Of a DNA stretch of 64,000 nucleotides, positions 1 through 8,792 are shown piece after piece; the stretch's first letter is position 1; each line of letters starts with the position of its first letter. The stretch lies in the NCBI GenBank assembly GCA_965208125.1, contig OZ242320.1:1568001-1632000 (forward strand), read 5' to 3'. The translations under genes and the position numbers were made by a program. The stretch comes from Candidatus Latescibacterota bacterium (GTDB taxonomy: Bacteria; Latescibacterota; UBA2968). The notes under the pieces are model-generated. The model was not told where the DNA came from and searched no databases. It saw only the letters and a list, made by a program, of their open reading frames with translations.

Positions 1-1038
1 AATGCCTTGAAGCGGTCCCGGATAACTGATTATCTCCATGCGATCCGGGTATAGATATATCTTCGTGGGTTCGCGCAGGTTGTCATAAGAACGATGATAC
101 ACGGCGTTGACGACCGCTTCCTCCATCGCTTCGTAGGGATATGCGACCGCGCGATCCACTTCGGCCTGTTGCGGTCGCTTTTGCAGCATGAGGTCTGCGA
201 GTGAATTGAGGTGGTCTAAAGTGCGTTTGATCTGTTCGTTGAGCGGTCCAGTAATTGTTCTCTCTTCAATTAAATCGCCTCCCGTATCGTCGCCGAACTG
301 CACAATCTCGATTCGCGCACCGTCAAAGAAACTGTCCGGGGTCTCGTTGAAGAACAGGATGGCTGCGTTGCGCGGCGCGTAGTGATCATTGAGGCGGACG
401 ACGATTCGCATCCGCTGATACAGGTCGATATCTGCGACATTTATTCCGGTCTGTATCAAATCGCTTCGCACATCCCAAAGAAAGCGACGGACCAGCGTAG
501 GAGATATGTCCTCGACTTTGGCGACCAGACTGCGCCGATCATCGAACGGTATCCGTGCTGTTTGCTCTATGAGTTGGGTGCGTATTTCACCCCTCGCCTC
601 GACAGTGCTGGAGCCTTGCCGCACGTAGTATTCCCGTTCGCCACTGCGTCCGCGTTTCGGAGCTTGATAGGGCCGATTATCGCCGCCGGGCGCCCAAATA
701 ATCAGTATCGTCTCACCGTGGTATGTTTCGGGGAATACGAGTGGCTGGTACATGGGATCAATGCGATTACACTGTCCGTATATCTCTCTTTGGACATGAT
801 CGAGATCGAGACGACCAAGACCACGCGGGGGCAATATAGGGAGGCCCTGTTCATCTGTGTCGATACCCAGGATGACGTATCCGCCGTTTAGATTGAGCAA
901 GTCATTCGCAAATGCACACACGCTCCGAACAACCGATTCCTTTACGGCGTCATTCCAGGTCGCTTTGAACTCTCTGCGGTTGTCTTCAACCGATCTGGCG
1001 TGGATCAGGTTATCAATATTAATTGGCACACCTTGCAT
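1..1038 (-). CDS. AlbA_2/Schlafen-like domain plus HATPase_c_4 (RecG C-terminal-like) ATP-binding protein, runs off the left edge
   Basis: Not in ORF track. Manual translation from ATG 1038: MQGVPINIDNLIHARSVEDNRREFKATW...VCAFANDLLNLNGGYVILG...EAMEEAVVNAVYHRSY...IYLYPDRMEIISYPGPL; EFK, AFAN..GG and NAxxHRxY motifs. Confidence 0.85.
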   Translation of the reverse strand, partial: MQGVPINIDNLIHARSVEDNRREFKATWNDAVKESVVRSVCAFANDLLNLNGGYVILGIDTDEQGLPILPPRGLGRLDLDHVQREIYGQCNRIDPMYQPLVFPETYHGETILIIWAPGGDNRPYQAPKRGRSGEREYYVRQGSSTVEARGEIRTQLIEQTARIPFDDRRSLVAKVEDISPTLVRRFLWDVRSDLIQTGINVADIDLYQRMRIVVRLNDHYAPRNAAILFFNETPDSFFDGARIEIVQFGDDTGGDLIEERTITGPLNEQIKRTLDHLNSLADLMLQKRPQQAEVDRAVAYPYEAMEEAVVNAVYHRSYDNLREPTKIYLYPDRMEIISYPGPLQGI

Positions 1039-1343
1039 GGGACCCTTACCGATCTGTGATACTGCGAGTAGTTTTGTGAAGGCGAACGCTTTTGTTCATC
1101 ATATCCAATGTCGTGAACAAAATATGCGATCACAGCAAAAAGTCAATGGCCTCCTGAATATAATTGGACAATGAGAGGGTCAGTGGCGTATTAGGCAAGG
1201 CAAATTTGCGGCTATACCGAATCAGACCTCGACACGGTATTCGCGCCAGAACTGCCTGGTGTTCATCCAGGCACCACAACCACCTTCCAGCATGCCCTGT
1301 ATTCTTCAGGGCATTTTTCGTGTACTCTCCCCTGTAAATCCCC

Positions 1344-1403
1344 TGTCTCATTATACTCCCAACTGTTTCATTTGAAACACCAACTGTGTCATATGACACA
1401 GTT
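1344..1403. promoter_or_regulatory. Tandem operator-like palindromes upstream of the ATPase/hydrolase pair
   Basis: Perfect 22-bp palindrome AACTGTGTCATATGACACAGTT (1382-1403), a second TGTTTCA-TT-TGAAACA (1364-1379) and a half-site TGTCTCA (1344-1350). Confidence 0.55.
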
Positions 1404-1544
1404 TTCGGCATGTCCATTTTGGGCATTTTTTAAAAACACGCTCTCCTGCAAGCAGTTACGGGTTTTTGGGTTGTTTGGCACGCTTTTTGCGCTATATAAA
1501 GGGCACGAAGTTTCAATTCCAAACCACACAGGAGGGCATTTCTC

Positions 1545-2390
1545 ATGATACACCAGCCCGTAGAACGAAAAGAAAAACTGCGCTTGATACAAGAAAACCT
1601 ATCAAAACGCATCGACACCCTGATAGTCGGACCCATCGGCATAGGCAAAAGTCATCTCCTCGCGCAACTCAATGCAGACCATGCGCTCAAAGTAAAAACC
1701 CTATCCCCAATAAAAGAAGCCCTCATAAATATTGCGGAAGAACTTCACAAAAGCGGAAAACTCTATCCGCATATTGAGGACTTTGAAACCATCAAAAAAC
1801 GACACACCCGCGAAACCATTCAAACCTGGACAGACAGGGTACTCGACTCAGTACAAAAAAACGAATGCGTCTTAATCGTAGATGACCTATCCGACATAAC
1901 ACCCTCCGTCGGACGACTAATCGACAAACTCAACTGCAAATACATCATCATAGCCGCCATGCGCGAAATTGTAAAAACGTACGAAAAACACTTCTGGAAA
2001 TTCGACCGCATAGAAATAGAAAATCTGACCACTTCCGAAGCCAAAAAACTCATCCGACAATGTACTATCGGCGCCGACATAGAAGACTACCGCATGACCG
2101 AAACCTCCATCTTGCAACAAAGTGCTGGCAACCCGCGCGCCATCATCGAAATCGTCGAAAGACTCCGCAAAGAACCCGCCGTAACCCGATCCGCTGTACG
2201 ACATGTATCTCACACAGGCGCCCGAAACCAGATTGATCTCACCGTCGCAGTCGTCCTCCTCTTACTCGCAGTCGTCGCGGCGCGATTCTTCATGCGAGGC
2301 ATCGGAAGCATGGAAGGCTATGTCCTCGCCGGCATAGGCAGCGCGATACTCGTAGGCATTCGATTCTTCATGTACAGGTTCAAACGATGA
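1545..2390 (+). CDS. P-loop (AAA-like) ATPase with two C-terminal hydrophobic helices
   Basis: GGAGG RBS; Walker A GPIGIGKS, Walker B LIVDD, GNPR motif; C-terminal segments VAVVLLLLAVVAA and VLAGIGSAILVGI. Confidence 0.8.
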   Translation: MIHQPVERKEKLRLIQENLSKRIDTLIVGPIGIGKSHLLAQLNADHALKVKTLSPIKEALINIAEELHKSGKLYPHIEDFETIKKRHTRETIQTWTDRVLDSVQKNECVLIVDDLSDITPSVGRLIDKLNCKYIIIAAMREIVKTYEKHFWKFDRIEIENLTTSEAKKLIRQCTIGADIEDYRMTETSILQQSAGNPRAIIEIVERLRKEPAVTRSAVRHVSHTGARNQIDLTVAVVLLLLAVVAARFFMRGIGSMEGYVLAGIGSAILVGIRFFMYRFKR

Positions 2391-3568
2391 CAGCACCTAC
2401 ACATATAGCATTCGGACTACTCACCGTAGCGGGATCCTTTTCCTTCTTCTCCATGCCCCTTCATCGCAACCTCCCCGCCGTCGCATGCGCCATCATAGGA
2501 AGCGTGCTCCCGGATATAGATTCGCCAAAGAGCTATATCGGTCGCGTGCTCCCCTATGCATCCATCCCCATCGAACGGCAATGGGGGCACCGCACCATCA
2601 CACACTCGCTGCTCTGCCTCCTCGCCCTATCGGTTATGATCTGGCCCTTGCTCATCTGGCAAACCCCGTGTTATGCAGCCCTGCTTCTGGGCTATATGAG
2701 CCATATAATCGCCGATTGCGCCACCAAAAGCGGCGTACCCCTGTTCTATCCCCATTCAGCGGCCTGTGTCTTCCCCGGCAGCGCGAAATACAGAATCAAA
2801 ACTGGATCTATGGTAGAACGCTGCCTGTTAATCGGACTCGTATGTATGCTCCTGATATTCCTGCCCGTATTGCACATAGGAGGCATCTGGCAATCATTCA
2901 GATACCTCATGGCCACGCCCTCTGCTGCTTATGCAAATTACCGGCAAGCCGACACTGAAACCATCTTAACCTTCGAAGGACGCTGGCGACACACGCGGGA
3001 GCACATACGCGGAGAAAGTGTGATCCTCGATGCCAGCCCCACCATGTTCTGGATCATAGTCAACGGACAGGTTCAAACGTGCGGAGAACACGGCGCCATC
3101 TTGTCAGACAAAGTGCGCGTGCGCGAAACAGATCGCCCCGTACAAATTCAGACGCTCCAGTTGAAAAACGAAACCTATGAAGAACTGGTAAAGCAGATCC
3201 CCGAAAACAGTTTTGTATCTGGACAACTCAAAGCAACTGAAACATTCTCCCCCGGACATGAAACCCCCAGTGCCATCACCATCACCTCCCGGGCATTGAA
3301 ATTTCAATTTGCCCGAAAAGGGAACATCTCGCGGCTTCAGCCCGTCCCTCAAAATTTATCAGAACGCGTAAAAAATCTATCGGAGGAAATATTGAGAATA
3401 TGTGAAAAACTGGAAATCGCAAAAATGGCTTATCCGCCAATTCACTACCTCGAACTGAGGCGAATGGAACAAGAAATTACAGAAAAAAGAAAAAAAATCG
3501 AAACACTGAAACGCGCACATGTGCGATTCAGCGGCACATTATACATTCGTATATTGGGAGACACATAA
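2387..3568 (+). CDS. YdjM-like membrane metal-dependent hydrolase with long C-terminal extension
   Basis: TH, LPDID, GHRTITHS and SHIIAD..T.SGVPLFYP motifs; ATGA overlap with the upstream ATPase. Confidence 0.8.
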   Translation: MTAPTHIAFGLLTVAGSFSFFSMPLHRNLPAVACAIIGSVLPDIDSPKSYIGRVLPYASIPIERQWGHRTITHSLLCLLALSVMIWPLLIWQTPCYAALLLGYMSHIIADCATKSGVPLFYPHSAACVFPGSAKYRIKTGSMVERCLLIGLVCMLLIFLPVLHIGGIWQSFRYLMATPSAAYANYRQADTETILTFEGRWRHTREHIRGESVILDASPTMFWIIVNGQVQTCGEHGAILSDKVRVRETDRPVQIQTLQLKNETYEELVKQIPENSFVSGQLKATETFSPGHETPSAITITSRALKFQFARKGNISRLQPVPQNLSERVKNLSEEILRICEKLEIAKMAYPPIHYLELRRMEQEITEKRKKIETLKRAHVRFSGTLYIRILGDT

Positions 3569-3593
3569 TGCGCAAAATGACAACCAAAACCTT

Positions 3594-3629
3594 CTGGATC
3601 GCGGCTCAAAGCCTGCCGCGATGACGGCT
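3594..3629. repeat. REP-like palindrome (CGTC/GACG-tailed family), copy 1
   Basis: CTGGATCGCGGC...GCCGCGATGACGGCT; near-identical copy at 30338-30373. Confidence 0.7.
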
Positions 3630-5033
3630 TTACAACCCATACCTCTTCATCCTGCTCCTCAGCACCATCCTCGAAATATCCAGAAGCGCGGCAGCCTGAA
3701 CTTGATTTCCCTCTGTCCGTCGCAAAGCCTCTTTGAGCATAGCCCTCTCGACCACAGGCAAATTCATCTGATCCTCGGGCAGGGTTTGCACCATCTGTTC
3801 AACCCCACTATCCCCGCCCGGACCACCCTCAAATAGCTCAAAACCCAGATCATCCGCCTCAATCTCCCCATCCCCACACAAAATCGCTGCTCGCTCAACC
3901 GCATTCTTCAGCATGCGGACATTGCCCGGAAAAACCTGTTTCTGAAGCAAATCCTCAGCCTCTCTCGAAAATCCCACCAGCGGCTTCCGCAAATCGCGGG
4001 CATAATTAGTCAAAAAGTGCCGCGCCAAAAACAAAACATCTCCCACCCGCTCGCGCAACGGCGGCACCTGAATCGCGAACACATTCAACCTGTAATACAA
4101 ATCCTCTCTAAAAGACCCTTCCCGCACCGCTACACTAAGCACGCTATTAGTAGCAGCAACCACACGCACATCCACATCTACCTCACAGCTACTCCCCACG
4201 GGACGGATGCATCGTTCCTCTATGGTTCGCAACAAACGCACCTGCATCTCGAGCGACATATCTCCGATCTCATCCAGAAACAGCGTACCGCCATCTGCCA
4301 GCTCAAAATGACCCTTCTGATCTGCCTTCGCATCTGTAAACGCACCCTTCTTATGCCCGAAAAACGCGCTCTCAAACAAATTGCCCGGAATCGCAGAACA
4401 ATTCACAGCAACAAATGGGCCGCCAGCGCGACCACTTTCACAATGCACAGCCCGAGCAACCAATTCCTTCCCCGTACCCGTCTCCCCAACAATAAGCACC
4501 GTCGTATGATCAGTCGCTGCCACCTGTCGGATCTGCGCCTTCATCTTCGCAACCGCCTCACTCTCCCCTATAATCGCATTCAAACCACCCCTCTCTCGCT
4601 CCTGCGCCACAAACTGATCCAACCTGTCCTGTACCCTATTCTTCTCTTTTCGAAGCACCTGATAGCGCACAGTGCGCCGGATAGCCGCATGCAACTCTTC
4701 CACCTTGAAAGGCTTATTAAAAAAATCAAACGCCCCTTCCCGCAAAGCCCGAAACGCATTCTCCGCCTCTTTAACCCCGGTAATCACAATCACCTCAGCC
4801 TCAGGCGAAACAGACCGCACCCGCCGAAGCACCTCAAACCCATCCATACCGGGCATCTTCACATCCGTAATCACAATATCAACAGCCTGACTCTCCACCA
4901 CCTCCACGCCCTTCTCGCCATTCGCCGCTTCAATAACCGTATGCCCCCTCGCAATGAGAAACTTCCCAATAGCAGCACGGATATGTGCATCGTCATCAAT
5001 CACCAGAACCGTCATGCTGACCTGCTCAGCCAT
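3630..5033 (-). CDS. Sigma-54-dependent response regulator (NtrC family)
   Basis: Receiver domain (VIDDD, TDVKMP), AAA+ GETGTGKE, GAFTDA, Fis-type HTH; start taken at MAEQV. Confidence 0.95.
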   Translation of the reverse strand: MAEQVSMTVLVIDDDAHIRAAIGKFLIARGHTVIEAANGEKGVEVVESQAVDIVITDVKMPGMDGFEVLRRVRSVSPEAEVIVITGVKEAENAFRALREGAFDFFNKPFKVEELHAAIRRTVRYQVLRKEKNRVQDRLDQFVAQERERGGLNAIIGESEAVAKMKAQIRQVAATDHTTVLIVGETGTGKELVARAVHCESGRAGGPFVAVNCSAIPGNLFESAFFGHKKGAFTDAKADQKGHFELADGGTLFLDEIGDMSLEMQVRLLRTIEERCIRPVGSSCEVDVDVRVVAATNSVLSVAVREGSFREDLYYRLNVFAIQVPPLRERVGDVLFLARHFLTNYARDLRKPLVGFSREAEDLLQKQVFPGNVRMLKNAVERAAILCGDGEIEADDLGFELFEGGPGGDSGVEQMVQTLPEDQMNLPVVERAMLKEALRRTEGNQVQAAALLDISRMVLRSRMKRYGL

Positions 5034-5139
5034 TCTTATTTCCCCCACATTTACATGCTTTGTTTTCGGGAAAATAAAACGGGAATGGCAAAAAGCAAGA
5101 TCACGCATTCAGAATATGCGCTTGTGCATTCCAATGTTC

Positions 5140-7587
5140 TTATACATTTTGAAAAAACTCAATGCGCTTGTTGATATCCCCCGCAACCTCGAGCGACTCA
5201 ACCGGCGCGCGAACCACCTCGCCAGCACGCTGTCGCAGGGCAACAATAAGAGGTGCCAACGCATCGGATTGCCCCCCGGATAGAATCTCGACAAGATCGC
5301 GCTCCAACACGCCATTTGCAATCAACTCGGGCACAAGCTGTAGCATCTCGGACATCATCATCTCGTTATCGGGCACGAACACAGCATACGCCGATCGGAA
5401 CACATCTATAGCGACCCGTTGTCTTTTTTTCTTTTGTAGGGCCAAAGCCTGCACATATCTCGCTCGCCATGTAAACATCACCCGCTCATCGTCAGTCAAA
5501 GCACCAAGTCTTCCTTCAAGCTCTTCACTTATGAGCAAAGCTTCTTCCACACGGCCCACCTTAATTTGTATCATAGCCTTTTGGGACAACGCCCAGGCGA
5601 CCAGAAGCTGAATCCCTGGCCCATCGCTGGTCCCAAAACGGTCGATCACCTCATCATACGCCGACATCGCCAAACCCAATTCTCCAAGTTGGACTTGCAT
5701 ATCTCCCTTTTGGGACAACGCCAGAACGACCAGAAGCTGAATCCCCGGTGCGGCACTGGTCCCAAAACGGTCGATCACCCCATCATACGCTGACATCGCC
5801 AAACCCAACTCCCCCAATTGGACTTGCATATCTCCCTTTTGGGACAACGCCAGAGCGATCGGAAACTGAAAATCGGGTACATCGCTGGTCCCAAAACGGT
5901 CGATCACCTCATCATACGCCAACATCGCCAAACCCAATTCTCCAAGTCCAAGTCGCGCTCTTGCCCCGTGGATCAATACGCGAGCCATCCGCGCCAGAAG
6001 TGTCTGATCGGCCGCGTCGTCGAACCGATCAACCATCTCATCGCAGACCGCGACCACCCCTTGAAAATCTTCCAATTTCTCATAAGCAATAGCCCTCATA
6101 TGCAATATATAGGCGACAAGAGACTCTGGCATAAGAGATGCTTCCACACCTCCTGAATCCATAAAATGGTTACCAATTTCCACAACCCTTTCAAATTCTT
6201 TCTCATCGAGCGCCGTTTGGATCTCCTCTTTTAAACGCAGTTCCGCTGTGAATGGCGCATTTGCCGTCGCTTTGTCCGATAGATATTCGATAGCCGACCC
6301 TGCCACGCGTAAAAAACTGTCCTCAACATGCGGTTGTTCGGAGAGCGCACGCTCAATACCCCCGCGAATAATCGCCGCTCCCAAACCCAGCCGACTGGAC
6401 ATCTGGTACAATTCACCTATCCCGTAGAACGCCATCATGAAATGGATCAGACTTCTCACAACTATTGCCCCATCACGCTCACGTCGCAACTTATAGTAAA
6501 TACTGTAGATAGGTTCTCCTGGGACGTACAATCGCTTCCTGCCAGAACCCTCAAATCTGACCACACCCCGGCTGACCAGTCGTCCCAGCATAGTCGATAC
6601 GGGGCGAACCTCCATACGCGCGCGCGCCGCAACCTCGCCAGTACTCGACGGTTGCCACAGATCAATCAACGCGAGATACACGCGGCGTTCAACCCTGCTC
6701 AGGACCTCCAGATGACCGCGAAAATACTCGGTATGATCGTCAATCATCGCAACCAGTTCTTCCATCAACTGGCGCAACGACCTGTGCTGCGCGAACTCAG
6801 CAACCATAATCAAGAGACGGGGATTGCCACCGGTCAGGATCTCGAGCGGCCTGATCTCGTGCGCGCTCACCTCATCGCCGCTGACCACCTGCCACAAACG
6901 ACGGCATGCTTCGGTACCCAGCGGTTCCAGATCGACGATTCGAAACAACTCGAAAAACGGCTGTTTCGCATCATCCAGACCCTCAAAGCGACTCGTCGCA
7001 GTAGCGAGTAACACAATCCGAGGCTCGGACGCCAACGCATCGCGCAACTGCCAGCCAAAATCGTCATCCACATCTTCGCAGAGCGCCTGCAAATTTTCGA
7101 CCATGAGAACGAGTTTTTTCCCCAGCCGATCCGCCGCGTCCAGAACAGTATCAAAAACCCGATCCGCAAGCGCCTCCTCGCGCCAGCGATCGGTCAAATC
7201 GGCATGCGTCTCCCGCAGCTCCTGTGCGAGATCGGGATCGTACTTAACACTCTCCTTCGCAAGATAGAACAGGGTATCGAGCCAAAAATCCGCGAGATCG
7301 AATATCTCGTGACTCTCTTCCATAAACCGAACCGGCAAAAAACACTCGGAAAGTTCCTCATCAGCATTCAACTCCGCCACAATCCGCGCGAGCAACATAG
7401 TCTTCCCCCGCCCCCGAGGCGCGACCACCAGAACATGCTCGCACAATGGTGAATCGATATTCCCGCGCAAACCCTCAAGCACCATATTGAGTTCGCGCCT
7501 CCTCACCACGAACTGCTCAATCACCTCCTCATCGGATTGAAACGACCCCGGATTGAACTTGCGGATTGCTCGATCGGACTTGTTCAT
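5140..7587 (-). CDS. AAA/STAND-like ATPase with winged helix and TPR-like repeats
   Basis: Walker A APRGRGKT, LMVEN Walker B variant, TGGNPR, wHTH-like STGEVAARARM..VSTMLGRL, then helical repeats. Confidence 0.85.
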   Translation of the reverse strand: MNKSDRAIRKFNPGSFQSDEEVIEQFVVRRRELNMVLEGLRGNIDSPLCEHVLVVAPRGRGKTMLLARIVAELNADEELSECFLPVRFMEESHEIFDLADFWLDTLFYLAKESVKYDPDLAQELRETHADLTDRWREEALADRVFDTVLDAADRLGKKLVLMVENLQALCEDVDDDFGWQLRDALASEPRIVLLATATSRFEGLDDAKQPFFELFRIVDLEPLGTEACRRLWQVVSGDEVSAHEIRPLEILTGGNPRLLIMVAEFAQHRSLRQLMEELVAMIDDHTEYFRGHLEVLSRVERRVYLALIDLWQPSSTGEVAARARMEVRPVSTMLGRLVSRGVVRFEGSGRKRLYVPGEPIYSIYYKLRRERDGAIVVRSLIHFMMAFYGIGELYQMSSRLGLGAAIIRGGIERALSEQPHVEDSFLRVAGSAIEYLSDKATANAPFTAELRLKEEIQTALDEKEFERVVEIGNHFMDSGGVEASLMPESLVAYILHMRAIAYEKLEDFQGVVAVCDEMVDRFDDAADQTLLARMARVLIHGARARLGLGELGLAMLAYDEVIDRFGTSDVPDFQFPIALALSQKGDMQVQLGELGLAMSAYDGVIDRFGTSAAPGIQLLVVLALSQKGDMQVQLGELGLAMSAYDEVIDRFGTSDGPGIQLLVAWALSQKAMIQIKVGRVEEALLISEELEGRLGALTDDERVMFTWRARYVQALALQKKKRQRVAIDVFRSAYAVFVPDNEMMMSEMLQLVPELIANGVLERDLVEILSGGQSDALAPLIVALRQRAGEVVRAPVESLEVAGDINKRIEFFQNV
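5580..5945 (-). repeat. About three 129-bp (43-aa) near-identical coding repeats
   Basis: CCCAAAACGGTCGATCACC recurs at 5632, 5761 and 5890; unit LGELGLAMxAYDxVIDRFGTS...ALSQKGDMQVQ. Confidence 0.9.
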
Positions 7588-7614
7588 TACACATCTCCCG
7601 GTGATTCATTAAAT

Positions 7615-7678
7615 TTTTGTCAACCAAACTGTTGACAAAATAATATTCCCCAGAAAAATGTCAACCAAATTGTTGACA
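7615..7678. promoter_or_regulatory. Two copies of a TGTCAAC-N6-GTTGACA operator-like palindrome
   Basis: TTTTGTCAAC-CAAACT-GTTGACAAAA (7615-7640) and TGTCAAC-CAAATT-GTTGACA (7659-7678), directly upstream of the ATPase-TPR start. Confidence 0.65.
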
Positions 7679-7741
7679 AAAATTTAAGGGCGATATAACT
7701 CGTTCTCTACCATTGAGATATGGTACACATGGAATGAGAGT

Positions 7742-7793
7742 AAACCACACAAAAGCCCAACGGTCTTCTTTAAATCGCTGGGCTTTCTTTTTT
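7742..7793. terminator. Hairpin/terminator-like repeat, copy 1
   Basis: AAAGCCCAACGG...CGCTGGGCTTT plus T tract; first 22 bp identical to 8655-8676. Confidence 0.65.
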
Positions 7794-7840
7794 CGAACCT
7801 TAACAGAAAGGATCGAGATGCTCATACCTTATACGGTCTG

Positions 7841-7869
7841 TTGACACCCTTTTGGATTTGGGCTATATT
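7841..7869 (+). promoter_or_regulatory. Sigma70-type promoter facing higBA
   Basis: TTGACA (7841-7846), 17 bp, TATATT (7864-7869). Confidence 0.55.
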
Positions 7870-7931
7870 GCTTGAAAGATCACGCTAATTGTTTTGGAAT
7901 ACGACCTTATAGCACATAGATACCACAGACG

Positions 7932-8073
7932 CTATATATATAGAAATGTCCCCGGATTGAACTTGCGAATTCGTTGATCGGACTTGTTCATTGCGTGTCT
8001 CCAGTATCCGCAACTCGCGTTCGCGATTAAAAAAGTCGTCGTCGCTTACCCAACGGCCAGTCGATGAATTCAT
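7932..8073 (-). pseudogene. Collapsed relic of a two-ATPase operon (only the 5' ends of both genes remain)
   Basis: GAGG RBS plus MNSSTGRWVSDDDFFNRERELRILETR (AAA-ATPase-like N-terminus), then ATG 7991 MNKSDQRIRKFNPGTFLYI*, matching the start of 5140-7587 (MNKSDRAIRKFNPGSF). Confidence 0.75.
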
Positions 8074-8080
8074 TGTTCCT

Positions 8081-8311
8081 CGCGCCCGTAGCTTTCCGCC
8101 AGATATTATACGTGCCGCTTTAAGAAAATTGGATGTCATTGAAACCGCACATCGCCTGCAAGACTTGCGGACACCTCCGGGCAATCGTCTGGAAGCCCTG
8201 AAAGGCAATCTTCAGGGATTTTACAGCATCCGTGTCAACGAGCAATGGCGGATCATTTTTCGATGGTCTGAAAATTCTGCACATCAGGTATCGCTGACGG
8301 ACTATCATTAG
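8081..8311 (+). pseudogene. higB: HigB/RelE-family toxin, 5'-truncated
   Basis: RKL..I..A..LQDLRTPPGNRLEALKG...YSIRVNEQWRIIFRW..DYH; native N-terminus is replaced by antisense ATPase relic sequence and only a TTG at 7991 is in frame. Confidence 0.7.
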
Positions 8312-8328
8312 ACTATTTGGAGACAATC

Positions 8329-8619
8329 ATGCTGCCTGAAAATCGCATTCCGACGCATCCAGGTGAGATCCTTTTGGAAGAATTTCTGAAACCCCTGGGA
8401 ATGACCCAGGTAGCGTTTGCCAAACACATTGAAGTGCCACTTCAAAGAGTTAACGAGATCATACGTGGCAAGCGGGGGGTAACGCCTGAGACAGCCTGGT
8501 TATTTTCTCAAGCACTGGGGACAACACCTGAGTTATGGATGAATCTTCAACGGAATTACGATCTGGCTAAGACCCGACTGCCAAAAAAGATTCCAAAACT
8601 TGAACTTGACCCGTTTTGA
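8329..8619 (+). CDS. higA: HigA antitoxin (HTH)
   Basis: PTHPGEILLEEFLKPLG, IIRGKRGVTPETA, WMNLQ..YDL; GGAG RBS before ATG 8329. Confidence 0.92.
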   Translation: MLPENRIPTHPGEILLEEFLKPLGMTQVAFAKHIEVPLQRVNEIIRGKRGVTPETAWLFSQALGTTPELWMNLQRNYDLAKTRLPKKIPKLELDPF

Positions 8620-8654
8620 AGGACTTGTATCGCATTCTCGCCAAACAAAATAGA

Positions 8655-8700
8655 AAACCACACAAAAGCCCAACGGCCTCCTATAGACCGTTGGGCTTTT
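8655..8700 (+). terminator. Hairpin/terminator-like repeat, copy 2
   Basis: AAAAGCCCAACGG...CCGTTGGGCTTTT downstream of higA. Confidence 0.7.
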
Positions 8701-8792
8701 CTCAATAGAACAGGTCAAATACGCTTTGCCTATTGCGCCTGAAAATATATTTTGACCGCGAGACCTGTCTTTAACGCAAAGAAAGGCGCAGC

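Noticed and set aside
188-1174. Plus-strand ORFs 188-382, 382-891 and 857-1174
   Set aside because: Antisense shadows of the minus-strand AlbA_2/HATPase gene
1130-1426. 98-aa minus-strand ORF
   Set aside because: No recognisable motif and it overlaps the palindromic regulatory sites
4017-5174. Long antisense or alternate-frame ORFs (also 11959-13011, 13858-14973, 37472-38509, 44026-45003, 58254-59732)
   Set aside because: They overlap well-supported genes, lack motifs and have skewed composition consistent with codon bias
7827-7836. CTTATACGG similar to the inverted-repeat core
   Set aside because: Short match 10 kb away with no flanking identity
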